A stretch of DNA of 63,997 bases, the filler included, from Squatina squatina (lineage: Eukaryota), in the NCBI GenBank assembly GCA_031763465.1. It is 4 parts of 4 records of this genome, joined end to end, with 100 filler letters (N's around TTAATTAATTAA, not from the genome) between each part and the next. Parts side by side here need not be neighbours in the genome. Positions count along the whole stretch, not along the records: positions 35,346 to 51,508 come from JARFOE010000007.1; 3 more parts are not named here. One strand, written 5' to 3'. The position numbers and the translations under genes were made by a program. Below are positions 36,442 through 49,342 of the stretch, piece by piece; the stretch's first letter is position 1; each line of letters opens with the position of its first letter. Under the pieces are notes generated by a model that did not search any database, was not told the origin of the DNA, and worked only from the letters and a program-made list of their open reading frames with translations.

Positions 36442-37579
36442 ANNNNNNNNNNNNNNNNNNNNNNNNNNNNNNNNNNNNNNNNNNNNNNNNNNNNNNNNNN
36501 NNNNNNNNNNNNNNNNNNNNNNNNNNNNNNNNNNNNNNNNNNGGTTCATAGCCCGGCATGTATATTGTTTGCATTTGTTGAAATATAATCTGGATACTAG
36601 GAACAATACAAATTAACGTTAGCTGCTTTTGTGGCCTTAGGCCCTCGAGACGTTGACAGAGCGAGATTATTGAGACAGGAAATGTGGTGACAGACTGCAT
36701 ACTGCAGAAATTGGACCTCGTTAATCCTGCATGAATCTTCAAGTGATCAAAGTGCCAGCTAATGAGGGAACCACATGCAGGCCAAGTACAAACTGCACCA
36801 AACATCAGCCTCCAGGGCAGGGGCTTTGCAAGGTCAAACGTCAAATGCACGTTTCCTCAGAGTGGTGCCTGCTTGCCTTCAGCTGCAACTAATAAGAACT
36901 TTGAATGTATATGAGCACGTTTTTATTAAAGAGAAGAACTGGCCTTAAATGCTTTTGACTGCAGAGAGCCACAGGCAATTTATTTTTAAAAAAAGGATGA
37001 CAGAGGCAGGTAGGATGATCAAAAGCCACACTTGCTGCAGTTTGCAGGCTCTCAGCTATCGATATGACTGCTGTGTTACAGGAGATGCTCTGCCAGGCTA
37101 ACCACAGCAAGCGAAGCCTAGGATGTCTATTTGAGATTCTTAAGCTGAAAGCTAAAGACTGTCGTGGTTGCACCACAATGCAAGGCAAGTTGTTCACCTC
37201 CCCTCTCTGATACAGACAAGCCTCTACTGTTGGACCTCGAGCACTTTGCTTCTATTCCTCTTGGACCATTTCCAAAGTGGGGAATCTGTATTTTTGTCGC
37301 ATCGCACTCTTGAAGGCCACGAGTACTGCTGGCAAGTGCTGACCTTTGCCTCGCAAAACAAGCCGATGTACAAGTGTGATTGCCACTGATGTAGCTCTAC
37401 TCATAGCCGAGAGGCTATTGTACCAACTGCCTCTGTGAAATTACTGTTTTGAAATGCCCTTATCATCGTAATGGGCTGTGAAAGTATTCTCATTTTACCA
37501 CCCACTATTCACATTTCAACCTGGGGCTCATCCTAAACTCTGCTGCCCATGTCCTGACTCGCACCAAGTCCCGTTCACC

Positions 37580-37800
37580 CATCTTCTCTTCTTTTTAGGC
37601 AGTCCCTCGGTGTCGAGGATGACTTGCTTCCACTCCAGAGTTGTGGGTTCTGAGGTGAATAAATAGTCCTATACTGGATCCGCAAACTCAACCACAGGTG
37701 GGGCAGGTGGTGTTTGGTGGGACGAGTGGATGGGATGCTTGGGTTTCTGCGCGCTCCTTCCGCTGCCTGCGCTTGGCCTCCACGTGCTCCCGCCAGAGAA
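37580..37800 (-). mobile_element. RTE-clade LINE 3' end
   Basis: Minus: REHVEAKRRQRKER...TCP.CG.VCGSSIGLFIHLRTH (C-terminal zinc knuckle), then a GAA-type tail. Confidence 0.7.
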
Positions 37801-37807
37801 GCTCGAA

Positions 37808-38340
37808 GTGTGCAGTTTTGGTCGCCATACCTGAGGAAGGATGTTCTTGCCATGGAGGGAGTGCAGCGAAAATTCACCAGAATGATCCCTGGGATGGCAG
37901 GGATAACGTTGAAAGAGAGATTNNNNNNNNNNNNNNNNNNNNNNNNNNNNNNNNNNNNNNNNNNNNNNNNNNNNNNNNNNNNNNNNNNNNNNNNNNNNNN
38001 NNNNNNNNNNNNNNNNNNNNNNTGCGAGGATAACCCCTGGCTTCTTTCCTCCACGACCAACTGTCTCCCCAAACCCCTTCCCTCCAGTAACTGGATTTCA
38101 GACCATCCATGAGGAAAAACCCTTTTTACTCAACAATGAGCTGCCTGATCGGGCGGTGGAAACAGATTCGATAGTGGCCTTCAAAAGGGAACTGGATGAA
38201 TACTTGAAGGAGAAAAAAATTGCAGGGATCTGGGGAAAGAGCGGGGGAGTGGGACTGACTGGATTGCTCTTCGAGAGAGCCGGCACAGACTTGATGGGCT
38301 GAATGGCCTCCTCCTGTGCTGTACTATCCTATGATTCTGC
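37808..38340 (+). mobile_element. CR1 LINE 3' fragments (split by a gap)
   Basis: VQFWSPYLRKDVLAMEGVQRKFTRMIPG, and a 3' end with gatgggctgaatggcctcctcctgtgctgt...ctatgattct. Confidence 0.8.
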
Positions 38341-38640
38341 TGTTTCCCCTTCCCCTCCCCTTTGCCCTGAACCAGCATCGTTCTCTAGTTTCTCTCCGAT
38401 CTCCACTCATGCTCTCGCTGAGCTCCTCTGGCCCATGAGACCCACCTGCCGCTCCCTCGACCCCCATTCCCACCAAACTGCTGACCACTCATCTTCCATT
38501 CCTGGTCCCCATGTTGGCTGATACTGTGAACGGCTCCCTCTCCTCAGATACTGTTCCCCTCCCTTTCCAAACCACTGCCATCGTCCACCATCCCCGCCAT
38601 CCCACCTCCACCCCCACCCAAAAAAAACTCTCGACCAATG
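38340..38640 (+). mobile_element. L2-clade LINE fragment
   Basis: Homologous (reverse complement) to about 24500-24750. Confidence 0.6.
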
Positions 38641-38708
38641 TTCCCTCTTATTTTTTGGGGGTGCGCTGCCCATTCAAATTTTCACGTCTGCACAGTTTCC
38701 ACCATGTG

Positions 38709-38963
38709 TACGGTAGCACAGTGGTTATGTTACTGGACCAATGATCCAGAGACATAAGTTCAAATCCCACCACGGCAGCTGGGGAATTTAAATTCAGTTA
38801 ATTAATTAAATCTGGAAAAAAAAGCTAGTGTCAGTAATGGTGACCATGAAACGATCAGATTTTTGAAAAAACCCATCTGGTTCACTAACGTCCTTTAGGG
38901 AAGGGAATCTGCCGTCCTTACCCAGTCTGGCCTATACGTGACTCCAGACCCACAGCAACGTGG
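38709..38963 (+). mobile_element. tRNA-derived SINE
   Basis: ggtagcacagtggtta...gttcaaatccc Pol III boxes. Shares its body with 17058-17387. Confidence 0.75.
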
Positions 38964-40409
38964 NNNNNNNNNNNNNNNNNNNNNNNNNNNNNNNNNNNNN
39001 NNNNNNNNNNNNNNNNNNNNNNNNNNNNNNNNNNNNNNNNNNNNNNNNNNNNNNNNNNNNNNNATCACCTTGCTGTCTGTGGGAGCTTGCTGTGTGCAAA
39101 TTGACTGCCACGTTTCCTACATTACAACAGTGACTAGACTCCAAAAGTGCTTTGGGATGTCTGGTAGTCATGGAAGGCGTTATAGAAATGCAAGTCTTTC
39201 TTTCTTCTGGATCACCTGAAGTTTACGCAGAGTAGAGTGTGGGAGGCCAGCCAGGAGTGTGTTGGAACAGTCACTTCTAGAGGTAACAGAGGCACGGATG
39301 CACAGAACATTAAAATAAAACACACGCAATTTTTTTGCGATTATTTTTCTCCTGGCCTTTTGCTCGCTTCAGTGACCTGGAGATTAATCTTCAATTCCTC
39401 AAGACTCCAGGGCAATCCTGGAGTGTTGGCAACTCCTTACAGTGCACTTCCTTACAAATATTTTATCCAGTTTAATCTCACTTACGAGCTTGGTGGCATC
39501 ATGTTCTGTGTTGGACCTTGGTAATGCTCAGGAGCTGAGCCGTATGCACAAAAAAAATCATTCATGTGGGTTAACCTCCTTCCTATATTTCATTTCCGCA
39601 GATGCAGGCACATTCTCCCATTTCCTATCAGGCAATCAGGAGGATGTAAATATTGAAGAGTGACATTTTTAAATATTTATCGCTCCAAGATTAATAGCAA
39701 ACGCAAATTTTAATATTTAATGAGAGTGGATATTTAAGGCTGGCAGTGGGTAGGGCAAGAGGGAACAATAAACTCTGGGGGGAAATGCTGGCCAAAATGA
39801 ATTGTGGGATGCAGCATCTGGGAGTCATCTTCAGAGACAGCTGCAGATGTTAATATATTGAGTCAGGAGACACGACTGCACAGCTCCTGATAGGCCAGAA
39901 TGGGTGGAATGAAGAGGTCAAGGCCAATTCTGTGCTGTAGCTAAGGAACCAGCTTAAAAAAAACGCCTTTTGATCATTCGGTTTAGAAACAGGGCTCCGA
40001 TGTTTTGATAACTGCAGTGGTCGTACTTTCCCAGATTTCAGCACTTACCTCTCCAAGGAATAGATGACTACCGTACAAACCATTCAGTGGCATCCGATTA
40101 GATAGCTTTGATAGTCTTCGAAAACCTATTACCTTTAAAAGCGCAACATGGGGCATGAATCATTCTGCAGTGAATTCTGCCTGAGGGACTGTGGTTGTAG
40201 CCGACCTTTTTTAAGGGTAGTGCTAAGCATCCTGGTATTTGACTGACCTTCAAATATCAGTTTCTGAGACACTTTTCCTTGAAATTCATTATCAGTTTCT
40301 AACCACACCTAAAACCTCTTTGCGCGTGCAGCCCTCAGTGTTCCAGTTGCCCAGCGCAGTTTCCAACATGGCAATTCGCCTGCAGAATTCACCTGGCCCA
40401 TATTTGTCC

Positions 40410-40582
40410 TTCAACCAACATCTGGTTGTCTGGTCATTATTATGCCGCTGTTTGTGGGAGCTCACTGTGCACAATTTGGCTGCCGTGTTTCCCACATTAC
40501 AACAGTGACTACACCGCAAACAGTAAAGCGACTTGAGATGTCCGTTGGCCATGAAAGGTGCTGTATAAATGCAAGTCTTTCT
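40410..40582 (+). mobile_element. DeuSINE 3' part (similar pieces at 39064-39200, 40775-40835, 51410-51508)
   Basis: Reverse complement of 42612-42800, ending ggtgctgtataaatgcaagtcttt. Confidence 0.7.
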
Positions 40583-42611
40583 TCCCCGCTTTCTTTCTTT
40601 CTTTTTTTCTTTCGAACATAAATCTACTTCCCTGCTGGCATAGTGGGTAAGAGGTGTATAAACAAGTCATAGANNNNNNNNNNNNNNNNNNNNNNNNNNN
40701 NNNNNNNNNNNNNNNNNNNNNNNNNNNNNNNNNNNNNNNNNNNNNNNNNNNNNNNNNNNNNNNNNNNNNNNNNCCTGTGAAGCACCCTGGGACATTTTAC
40801 TACATTGAAAATGCTATATAAATACAAGTTGTTGTGCCTAATGCAGTGAGCATAGTGGTTGCTGAGCTGGAGAAGGAATAGATCTGTTTTGTGGCAGATT
40901 CTGGGGTGCGGCAGACACGCACCTTGATCAATATTAAACGCCATATTAATGGTGGTTCCATTATGTGAATCGTTCATTAACACTCAGTAACCGCCTCATT
41001 GATAGTGACTATCCTTGATTATGCTTTTGTCCCTCTCCTGTCCCTTCACGTTACCCACCCCCCAGTATCTGTCTAACTTTGCAGCCCATTTCACAAAGCA
41101 GACCGATTCCCAGCTGTTTTGGATGAGTGGATATCTGCATGTTAATTACCCTGCCACTTTCAAACACGTTTCCTTCTAATTACGGGTGCTCATAACCCAT
41201 TTGCAGCTGTAGCTATTGTGCCGTGCTGCACTATCTGCCCAGCTCTTTTATGTTCCAGTGTTTGCTTTTGAAAAGCCTAATTAACAGTCAGTTATTTTTT
41301 TCCGCATGTTTGTGCTGTGATTGCAAAGACTACACACTCTGTGTGTAAGAGTCTCCTCCACAGTTAACAGCCACCGGAGCGACAACATCATTGACTGGAG
41401 TGATCTTTTGCATAGTGTTGTGGNNNNNNNNNNNNNNNNNNNNNNNNNNNNNNNNNNNNNNNNNNNNNNNNNNNNNNNNNNNNNNNNNNNNNNNNNNNNN
41501 NNNNNNNNNNNNNNNNNNNNNNNGCAGCTCGATCCATTCATTCTGTCCGCATTGATCACAGCCAGAAGGGACTATTCCGATACTTTGGAAGCAATCCAGT
41601 CCCTTCTGTCAAACACTAGACTTAATTGTTTGTCGGAATGCTTTCCTTTTGAACTGTTAACCCAAAAACATGAAAGCAGTCTTATAAGTTTCAAATTATG
41701 CGCCCTTTGTTTCTTAATTATATTCATTCTGGAAAGGGAATCTTTTCATCCCACCATTTGATCTCCCTGCAGCGAGGAAAAGTGAATGTTTGAAGCAGTC
41801 AGGAGCAAAATGACTCTGATTTATACCAGCCATTTAATCCAGGCATAAAAAATTAGGCCTGGGACGAAGCCTTTGTTCCTTCAGTGCTGCTGCCTTCAAA
41901 GCTTTCTTTTCTGTTTGGTTTTATTTTTTGTGTTTCTCCCTGTAGCCCTCTGATGAAGGCTTGTTATCCATGCTGGGAGATGCCCTGCTGTCTTGCCCAA
42001 ATGCCCATTCTTGAGGTGTGAATCTGAACAGTGAGTGCCCACCAAGCTCTTTGATCATGGGGGGTATCACAGCCAAGCCCAATTCTGTTCCCACCCAATG
42101 GCTGCCCATGAGTACTTCCAGCAAGGGTTACTGAATAGTGTTCAGCAGTAGGATCTTTGATCAATCCCCGCCCCCCACCACCCTGTCTGGCGACACTGAG
42201 GCCAATTGAGGCACCCCCTGCTGACTCAGCTGAAATTAAGGACCTTTCTAGTAATAGAGGGCAAGTTGCTAGTTAGAGGAGTTTTCCGGCTATCACAATC
42301 TGCTGGAATCTTCCTTGATTGCCTTATGGAGCTGGAAAGGAATTTTCCAAAGGTTTTCCTGAATTTGCTTTAGGTTTCTTTTCTCTATGTTTTTTGGCCT
42401 CTCCCAGGAGACAGCATGGTTATTTCAAGGGTGGGAATGTATGTGGCAGCCCCGTTTGTGGGTGGGATCAATCTAATGCTCTCTTCTTGTCCTTTTGTAC
42501 GTTCATGTGTAACTCAGTACAGTTCAATTCAATGAGCAAAAGGCTAATTCTTCCCCTTCTCCTCACAAAAGAAGCCATTGCTGCTTTCATATTTGCCCAT
42601 TAAAAGAAAGT

Positions 42612-43040
42612 TTTGCATTTATATAGCACCTTTCTTGACTGTGGGACATCCCAAAGCATTTTACAGGCACTGAAGTACTTTTGAAGTATAATCACAGTTG
42701 TAATGTAGGAAATGCAGCAGCCAATTTGCACACAGCAAGATCCTACAAACAGCGATAGGATAGTGACCAGCTAATCTGTTGTGGTGATATTGGTTGAGGG
42801 ATAAATATTGGCCAGGGCACCAGGGAGAACTCCCCTGCTCATCTTTGAAGTACCTCCACCTAAGAGGGCAGATGAGGCCTCAGTTTAACATCTCATGTGA
42901 AAGACATTACCTCCAACAGTGCAGCATTCCAGCAGTGCTGCACTGGTACAGTCAACCTAGATTATGTCCTCAAGTCTTGGTGTGGGACTTGAACCCATAA
43001 ACTTCTGTCTCAGAGGCGAGGTTGCAACTTACTGAGCCAG
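42612..43040 (-). mobile_element. Near full-length DeuSINE (SacSINE1/AmnSINE1-related)
   Basis: tRNA-like head on minus (ggctcagta...gggttcaagtccc), central body shared with several copies, tail ...gctatataaatgcaa. Family name assigned from memory. Confidence 0.75.
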
Positions 43041-44357
43041 GGCTAATGCCTTGATATATAACACCTTTCCACAGCTTGAACAGCATTCAAAGTATGACTT
43101 GCACTGCTGCTAATATCAAGCATAACATTTTCTGTCATGATTTAAAGAACTTTAAGGCACTTAAACATGCTCCATATTTTACTTTTATTGAATTTACTTT
43201 TTCTTCGTTCTGCTATTGTTAGATTTTCGGTTCAGTGCTTTGTCCCAATGCTAAATAGAATTAAATCACATGGAGAAATAAAATAGAAATGGCGATTTTA
43301 ATTCTGTGGAGGTCTTCACCCATGAAATTGGTTACGTTCAAATCTCCAAGAAAATAAAGTGTGCTACAGTATTCAATTAGCATGACTGTATTCATTGCAC
43401 CAACACTGCAGAGAGGCTGCTGCCTCTGGGTATCCACAGCGTGCTGCAGACAATGCAGATTATGTGAGCTGGTGGTAGCCTCACCAATAATCTTCAGAGA
43501 AACGCCATGAAGCATTTTACACAGGATTTGTTGGGCTAACTGTATATATAAGATTAAAACTATTGATAATGTAATGCTCTGTGGTGATACTGGNNNNNNN
43601 NNNNNNNNNNNNNNNNNNNNNNNNNNNNNNNNNNNNNNNNNNNNNNNNNNNNNNNNNNNNNNNNNNNNNNNNNNNNNNNNNNNNNNNNNNNNNGGAGAGA
43701 GAGAGAATGGTGAGTGTGGACTGTGGGGTCGTCTTGTATTCTAAGTAGTCCATATTAACATTTTCCAGTAAACATGCTTTTTATCATTTTAAGAGCAGAT
43801 TTTAAAAATGGGACATGTTGCAGACACTGACACGTTTGCTATCAATCCTGTTGCTAAGCATTATGGCCTAATAATTTCTAGGGATTTTAAAACATTCTGT
43901 ATGGCGAGTTGTCATTAAAAGTTAATGTACTTTGTAAATGCATTAAGTTGCAATCCAGTGCTTCATACTAATGTGTTAATTACTTAGCACTGGGGCAACA
44001 CTGATGGTTAATCATTGCTAAAATTGAGCGCTGTTTTTCTGTGGATGGATGCCAGTATTTGAAATAATATATATGTATGTATAAAAGAAATGAGTAAACA
44101 AGGTTGTACACGTGTGGTCTGTTAACTGGCGATTTATCCCTTCTGCCAGTACAGCTCTGTATGAAGAATTTAAGTTAAGGGGCAGGCAGTGGGAGACGAA
44201 AACCAGAGTCTTAAAACAAATTAGGTGCAAATAAATTAATGGCATATGCAGAAAAAAATAGGCAAATGGGAAAGAACAGGTGGGAAGGATTTGCAGGGAG
44301 ACTTTTTAAAAAAAACTCAGAATGTAGATTAATGCATTTATGACTTTTTTGTTTCAG

Positions 44358-44402
44358 TATTACGAGATGTCGTATGGGCTGAATATTGAAATGCACAAAC
44401 AG
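44358..44402 (+). CDS. TLE/Groucho-family Q-domain exon (paralog unresolved: TLE1/2/3/4/5)
   Basis: ttttgtttcag|YYEMSYGLNIEMHKQ|gtaagt, 45 nt, the invariant Groucho Q-domain peptide. Confidence 0.92.
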
Positions 44403-46295
44403 GTAAGTGTGCAGGAGGGAAATATGTCTTATCCTTTTTCGGGGTGGGTGTGTTTTTTTTGGGGGGGGTGGGTGGGGGGGATGGTGGAGTTGCTGTGACA
44501 TGTGTTTTGAATAGACATGAAACCAGTGCAGGTATTTCTGCAGATGGAGAGCCTGGTTGGTCTTTGGGTGTATTGTGATTTTTGGAGGAGAGTGAAATTC
44601 TGGGTTTGTTTTGAATGGTTGAGAGTTTAAAAACGTGTTTGTTTGAGAGGTGAAAGCATTTCCAAGCTCTCCCACTAGTTGGTGCTGCCACCTGCTACTT
44701 CTGATTACTCCACCTCTTGCAATATTTTAGTTTTTTTGAAAAAAAAGTACCTTCTGAAATGCTCCTATTCAAACATCTGTCAGTCTCCAGTTCCCAAATA
44801 TCTCTGTGCAGCATTATGTGTTACTAATTAGAGGTAATGTGAAACTTGGGTAATCTAATGTCAGGAGCTTAAAGGGACAGGGCTCCTTTTGTTGTCTTGT
44901 ACAAGCAGGCTTTTGACTGGATCAGTTACCCCCCACCCCTCCCCCTGCACATTCTTCTCGACAAAAGCCCCAGAACCCCTCTCAACGTCAAAGGCATTTA
45001 AAATTAATGAGAGGATGTTCCCTGAATAAAAGGATAAATCAGCTATTTTTGTTGGGACGATTGTTATTGCCCTTTCCTTTCTGCCCTAAAAAGGGAAATG
45101 TATTGTGTGGGTTTTTAAAAAAAAAAAACTATTTTATTGGAGCGTACTTGTGGAATCACACTCCAGTGATGAGTTGATACCTTAAAGGTAAGAGAAGAGA
45201 AAAGTGTATTGAAAGAAAAATAGAAGGAATCTTAAGGCAAACTCATTTCAATTTTCTGAGAGTCTCGCTTTTTAANNNNNNNNNNNNNNNNNNNNNNNNN
45301 NNNNNNNNNNNNNNNNNNNNNNNNNNNNNNNNNNNNNNNNNNNNNNNNNNNNNNNNNNNNNNNNNNNNNNNNNNNGAGGGAAGTGAAGCCTGACTGAAGA
45401 CCCGCCTCCTGAAGGGACACAGCTTTGTGTACGGAACAGTCACCAGACTTCAGAGTAATTCATTGCGTACAGTGCTTTTGAGATTTTTCAACATGAAAGG
45501 ATATCTTTATAGATGCAATTATGGCTGTTTTATTAAAGCAGTTTTCGGAGACTGGCTCTAACTTCACAAGCCCAGAGCTCACGGCTTTGACTTTTCCCCT
45601 TCGTGTCGTCCTAAATGCCAACCACTTAAAAATGACATGCGCACATAAAAACATGTACAAGAGCTATTCAAGTGTACATGTATGCTGGGGGAGGTGTTGA
45701 TGAATGCCTCTGTCTGTCTCCCTCCCTCTCCCTCTTCTCGCCTCCTAATGATAGTGTAAGGGCAAATAGCTTTCAACATGCCTTTGACGGGTGCGCTGAA
45801 GTACGCACTTGAAATGGTGCTAGACAGCTGAAAGTGCTGATAAGTGTGGAGCAGGGGTGTGACCAGCATAGCTCTGGGGGGCTTAGTTTTATTCACTTAA
45901 TGGACAGTGTGGTGTAAAGGCCTTGTCAGCTTTTGGTTTTCTCTCTCGTGTGTTCCCCTTCTTCCAACTCCCCACCCCCCGGAACTAAAACNNNNNNNNN
46001 NNNNNNNNNNNNNNNNNNNNNNNNNNNNNNNNNNNNNNNNNNNNNNNNNNNNNNNNNNNNNNNNNNNNNNNNNNNNNNNNNNNNNNNNNNNAATGGGAAA
46101 TATTTTGAAATATGCAGCGTTTTTGTGCATTGTAACTTTATATAAAAAAAAATAACAAGTTTGTTACAATACTTTTAGTGGGTATCTATTGAGATATGGC
46201 ACCTGAGGAAGTTGAGATGCTAGGAGTTGGTCATGCTTATGACGGATTTTGTCTACATCCTCTTCAGCTAATCATTGTAAAAATTTGTGTCCATG

Positions 46296-46336
46296 CATGG
46301 GTTAATGTACATGGGTTAATGTACATGGGTTAATGT
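46296..46336. repeat. 14-bp tandem repeat x3
   Basis: (catgggttaatgta)3, last copy one base short. Confidence 0.85.
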
Positions 46337-47209
46337 GCAGGCCGTTCAAGTGCCGAGTTTTTATGCTTCTTCTGTCCCCCACCTCATCCCTTAAGCTTAA
46401 AAATAATGGAATTCAAAATGATGGATACATGATTTACAGTTTGTAAGTTGTTAACCCACTGTTTAAAAACCTCATTTTCAGATGAATGGGTCAAGTTGAA
46501 TTTTCACAGAATGAAAGACTTTATTTAAAACAAATTCCAACTCTCTTGTCTTTGAAAAAACTAATCATATTGTCTCCACTGCCAAGTTAAGCTCTTACAG
46601 GGCTTATTTGAATTATTTTTGACACTATTTTGTTTTTTGTAAAGGAATAAAATTGAAATACCACAAGTGACGCTGCTGTTTTCTTTGTAATTCTGCTTTA
46701 ATTTTGATATGTCAGTGGCGCTTTTAATGCAATACGTCTTTTTTAAGTTGAAGACGTTTAGTAGTTTGTACTGTAATATGCTGTAGTCTGTATATAAGTA
46801 ATTGCTTCCTCGAATCTGACTGAATATAACTGTTGGGCTGTCATTAAGCAGGCAGCCATTCAATCAGCTTGTCTGATGAACCGTTGCAAGGCTGGAATTA
46901 TGGGCAATCAAGGAGCACCTCTGCTGTGGTTCTGCGCTTGACGGCACACATTCACAAGGCAGAACCATTCAAGCGTGGGCTTTTTTTATTGTAAAGAGAG
47001 TTGAGACTTCATATGTGGAGGGGGGGGGGGGGGGGGGAATGGCTGGCTAATATGGCCNNNNNNNNNNNNNNNNNNNNNNNNNNNNNNNNNNNNNNNNNNN
47101 NNNNNNNNNNNNNNNNNNNNNNNNNNNNNNNNNNNNNNNNNNNNNNNNNNNNNNNNNCTCTTCCTTCACCAGGCTTCCCTTTACCCCACCTCACCAGCCT
47201 GTTCAATCT

Positions 47210-47560
47210 TGCTTATGAATTACAACCTCTCAGTTCCAGTATCATCCTTGTGAATATTTTTTGCACCCTCTCTGGTGCCTCAATATCCTTTTTATAATAT
47301 GGAGACCAGGACTGTGCCCAGTGCTCCCAGTGTGGTCTAACCAAGGTTTGATACAAATTTAACATAACTTCTCTGCTTTTCAATTCTATCCCTCTGGAAA
47401 TGAACCCCCAGTGCTTGGTTTGTATGTTTCTGGCCTTGTTAACCTGCGTCGCTACGTTTACTGATTTAATTTCTGTGCCCAAAGATCGCTCGGCTCCTCT
47501 ACCCCATTTAGACTCTTATTTTCCAAGTAATATGTGACCTCCTTATTCCTCCTACCAAAA
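47210..47560 (-). mobile_element. CR1 LINE ORF2 C-terminal fragment
   Basis: GFISRGIELKSREVMLNLYQTLVRPH....WSPYYKKDIEA.ERVQK.FTRMI. Confidence 0.85.
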
Positions 47561-47852
47561 ATGCTCAGGAGGAGCAGGTGAGTTTGGGTCTCTGGTTCCC
47601 CAAGCTCTCCACCCCTGGGGGTTTTCCTCACCTCATGACTGGGTCTGTTGTAGACTCACTGATAGAGATTGATCGCTGTGATTGGTCAACAACTCCATTA
47701 TTGTTGTCTCATCCGATACTAGAAGGTGAACGAGGCGGGCCAGGGTCTGTTCTTGTCCTGCGATTCCCGCGTTGCTCCAATTCTTGTCCCAAGAGACTCG
47801 GCTAATGGCCGTTCCCTGTTTTCCTCTTTGTTAACATGTCTTGCTCTCACAG

Positions 47853-47964
47853 TCTGCTCTTCTGGTTCGGGGACCTGAACTTCCGCATCGCCGACCACGG
47901 ACTGCACTTCCTCCGCGAGTCCATCAACAAGAACCGTCTCCATCTGCTCTGGGACAAGGATCAG
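47853..47964 (+). CDS. INPP5K: Inositol polyphosphate 5-phosphatase exon, INPP5K-like, isolated
   Basis: ctctcacag|[37 protein letters not shown]|gtgagg, 112 nt. WFGDLNFRI is the 5-phosphatase motif, and GLHF.RESI favours INPP5K over INPP5J. Confidence 0.8.
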
Positions 47965-48869
47965 GTGAGGGCAAAGGTCAAGGGACCCGAGAGTCCAAGA
48001 GCAGTTTGTGGGTGACCAGCACAGAACCCTCTGGGTTTTATACAACTCAGGTTTGATACAGAGTAAAGCTCTCTCTACACTGTCCCANNNNNNNNNNNNN
48101 NNNNNNNNNNNNNNNNNNNNNNNNNNNNNNNNNNNNNNNNNNNNNNNNNNNNNNNNNNNNNNNNNNNNNNNNNNNNNNNNNNNNNNNAGTGCTGCCCACT
48201 AAGCTATGGCTGACACTGTAGTGTGATGATGGAAAGCTGATGGAAATATAATAGAGAATTGCAGAAGAATAAATGGAAAACATATTGGGCTTATTTGCCA
48301 TGTTGTGTGATTGAATGGGAAGACCTGGCATTGTGTGGCCTACTGTTCTTGCCAAGTGATGACAGCTGTTATTGTAACACTTTCTGTCCCATGGAATTGG
48401 GTGGATTTTTTTTCCCATTTCTCACTTAGCCTTGTGTTGCCAGCAGACTGGAGAGAGCTGGCTGCTGCTCGATGCCACAGGAGACCATTGATACCCCACG
48501 TGATATTAGTTGGCTCATTTGTAGGGGTATATCATTAAGCATGTAAGCTGAGAACCAATCCCACCAGATACTTGAGAGATGAGCTGTGCTTGGTAATGAA
48601 GAAGTGGCTCTTGGGTTGCCTAGTGTCTATTTTCCCCAGTGTGCACCATATAAAGACGTAGGTTCAATCTGCAAAACTCTCATCCTTGTTTTCAAATCCC
48701 TNNNNNNNNNNNNNNNNNNNNNNNNNNNNNNNNNNNNNNNNNNNNNNNNNNNNNNNNNNNNNNNNNNNNNNNNNNNNNNNNNNNNNNNNNNNNNNNNNNN
48801 NCGGAGGGCCTATCTACAGCCCTATCTATTTGATTCGCCAGGACACTGTCCCCAGCCTGGTTTAAGTGG

Positions 48870-49342
48870 AGTCCATCACGATGGAACAGCTCCCTCTTTC
48901 CCTAGTCCTGGTGCCAGTGACCCATTAAATGAAACCCCTTCTTCCCACAACACTCTTTGAGCCACACATTTAACTCTCTGATCCAGTTATCCCTGTGCCA
49001 ATTTGCACGTGGCACAGGTAGTAATCCAGAGATTATTATTCTTGAGGTTCTGCTCATTACTTTAGACCCTAGCTCCTCAAACTCCCTCAGTGAACCTCGT
49101 TCTTGGTTCTACCTATGTCACTGGTTCCCACGTGGACCATGACAACTGGATCCTCCCCCTCTCACTCCAAGTTCATCTCCAGCCGCGAGGAGATGTCTTT
49201 AACCCTGGCATCGGAAAGGCAACACAACCTCTGGAACTCCCTGTCACGGCTGCAGAGAACAGCATCTATCCCCCTGACTATACTGTCCCCTATCACTGCC
49301 ACATTGCTTATTTCTCCCCCCACTTGGATGGTGCCCTGTACC
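48870..49342 (-). mobile_element. CR1 LINE ORF1 fragment (SGNH-esterase-like)
   Basis: VAVIGDSIVRGID...CCL..ARVKDIS.RLE...VVVHVGT.D. Confidence 0.75.

Noticed and set aside
43694-43720. gagaatg|gtgagt as the end of the preceding TLE exon (...HYVM)
   Set aside because: Only ATG plus the donor match, and upstream is a GA repeat at a contig edge; unsupported.
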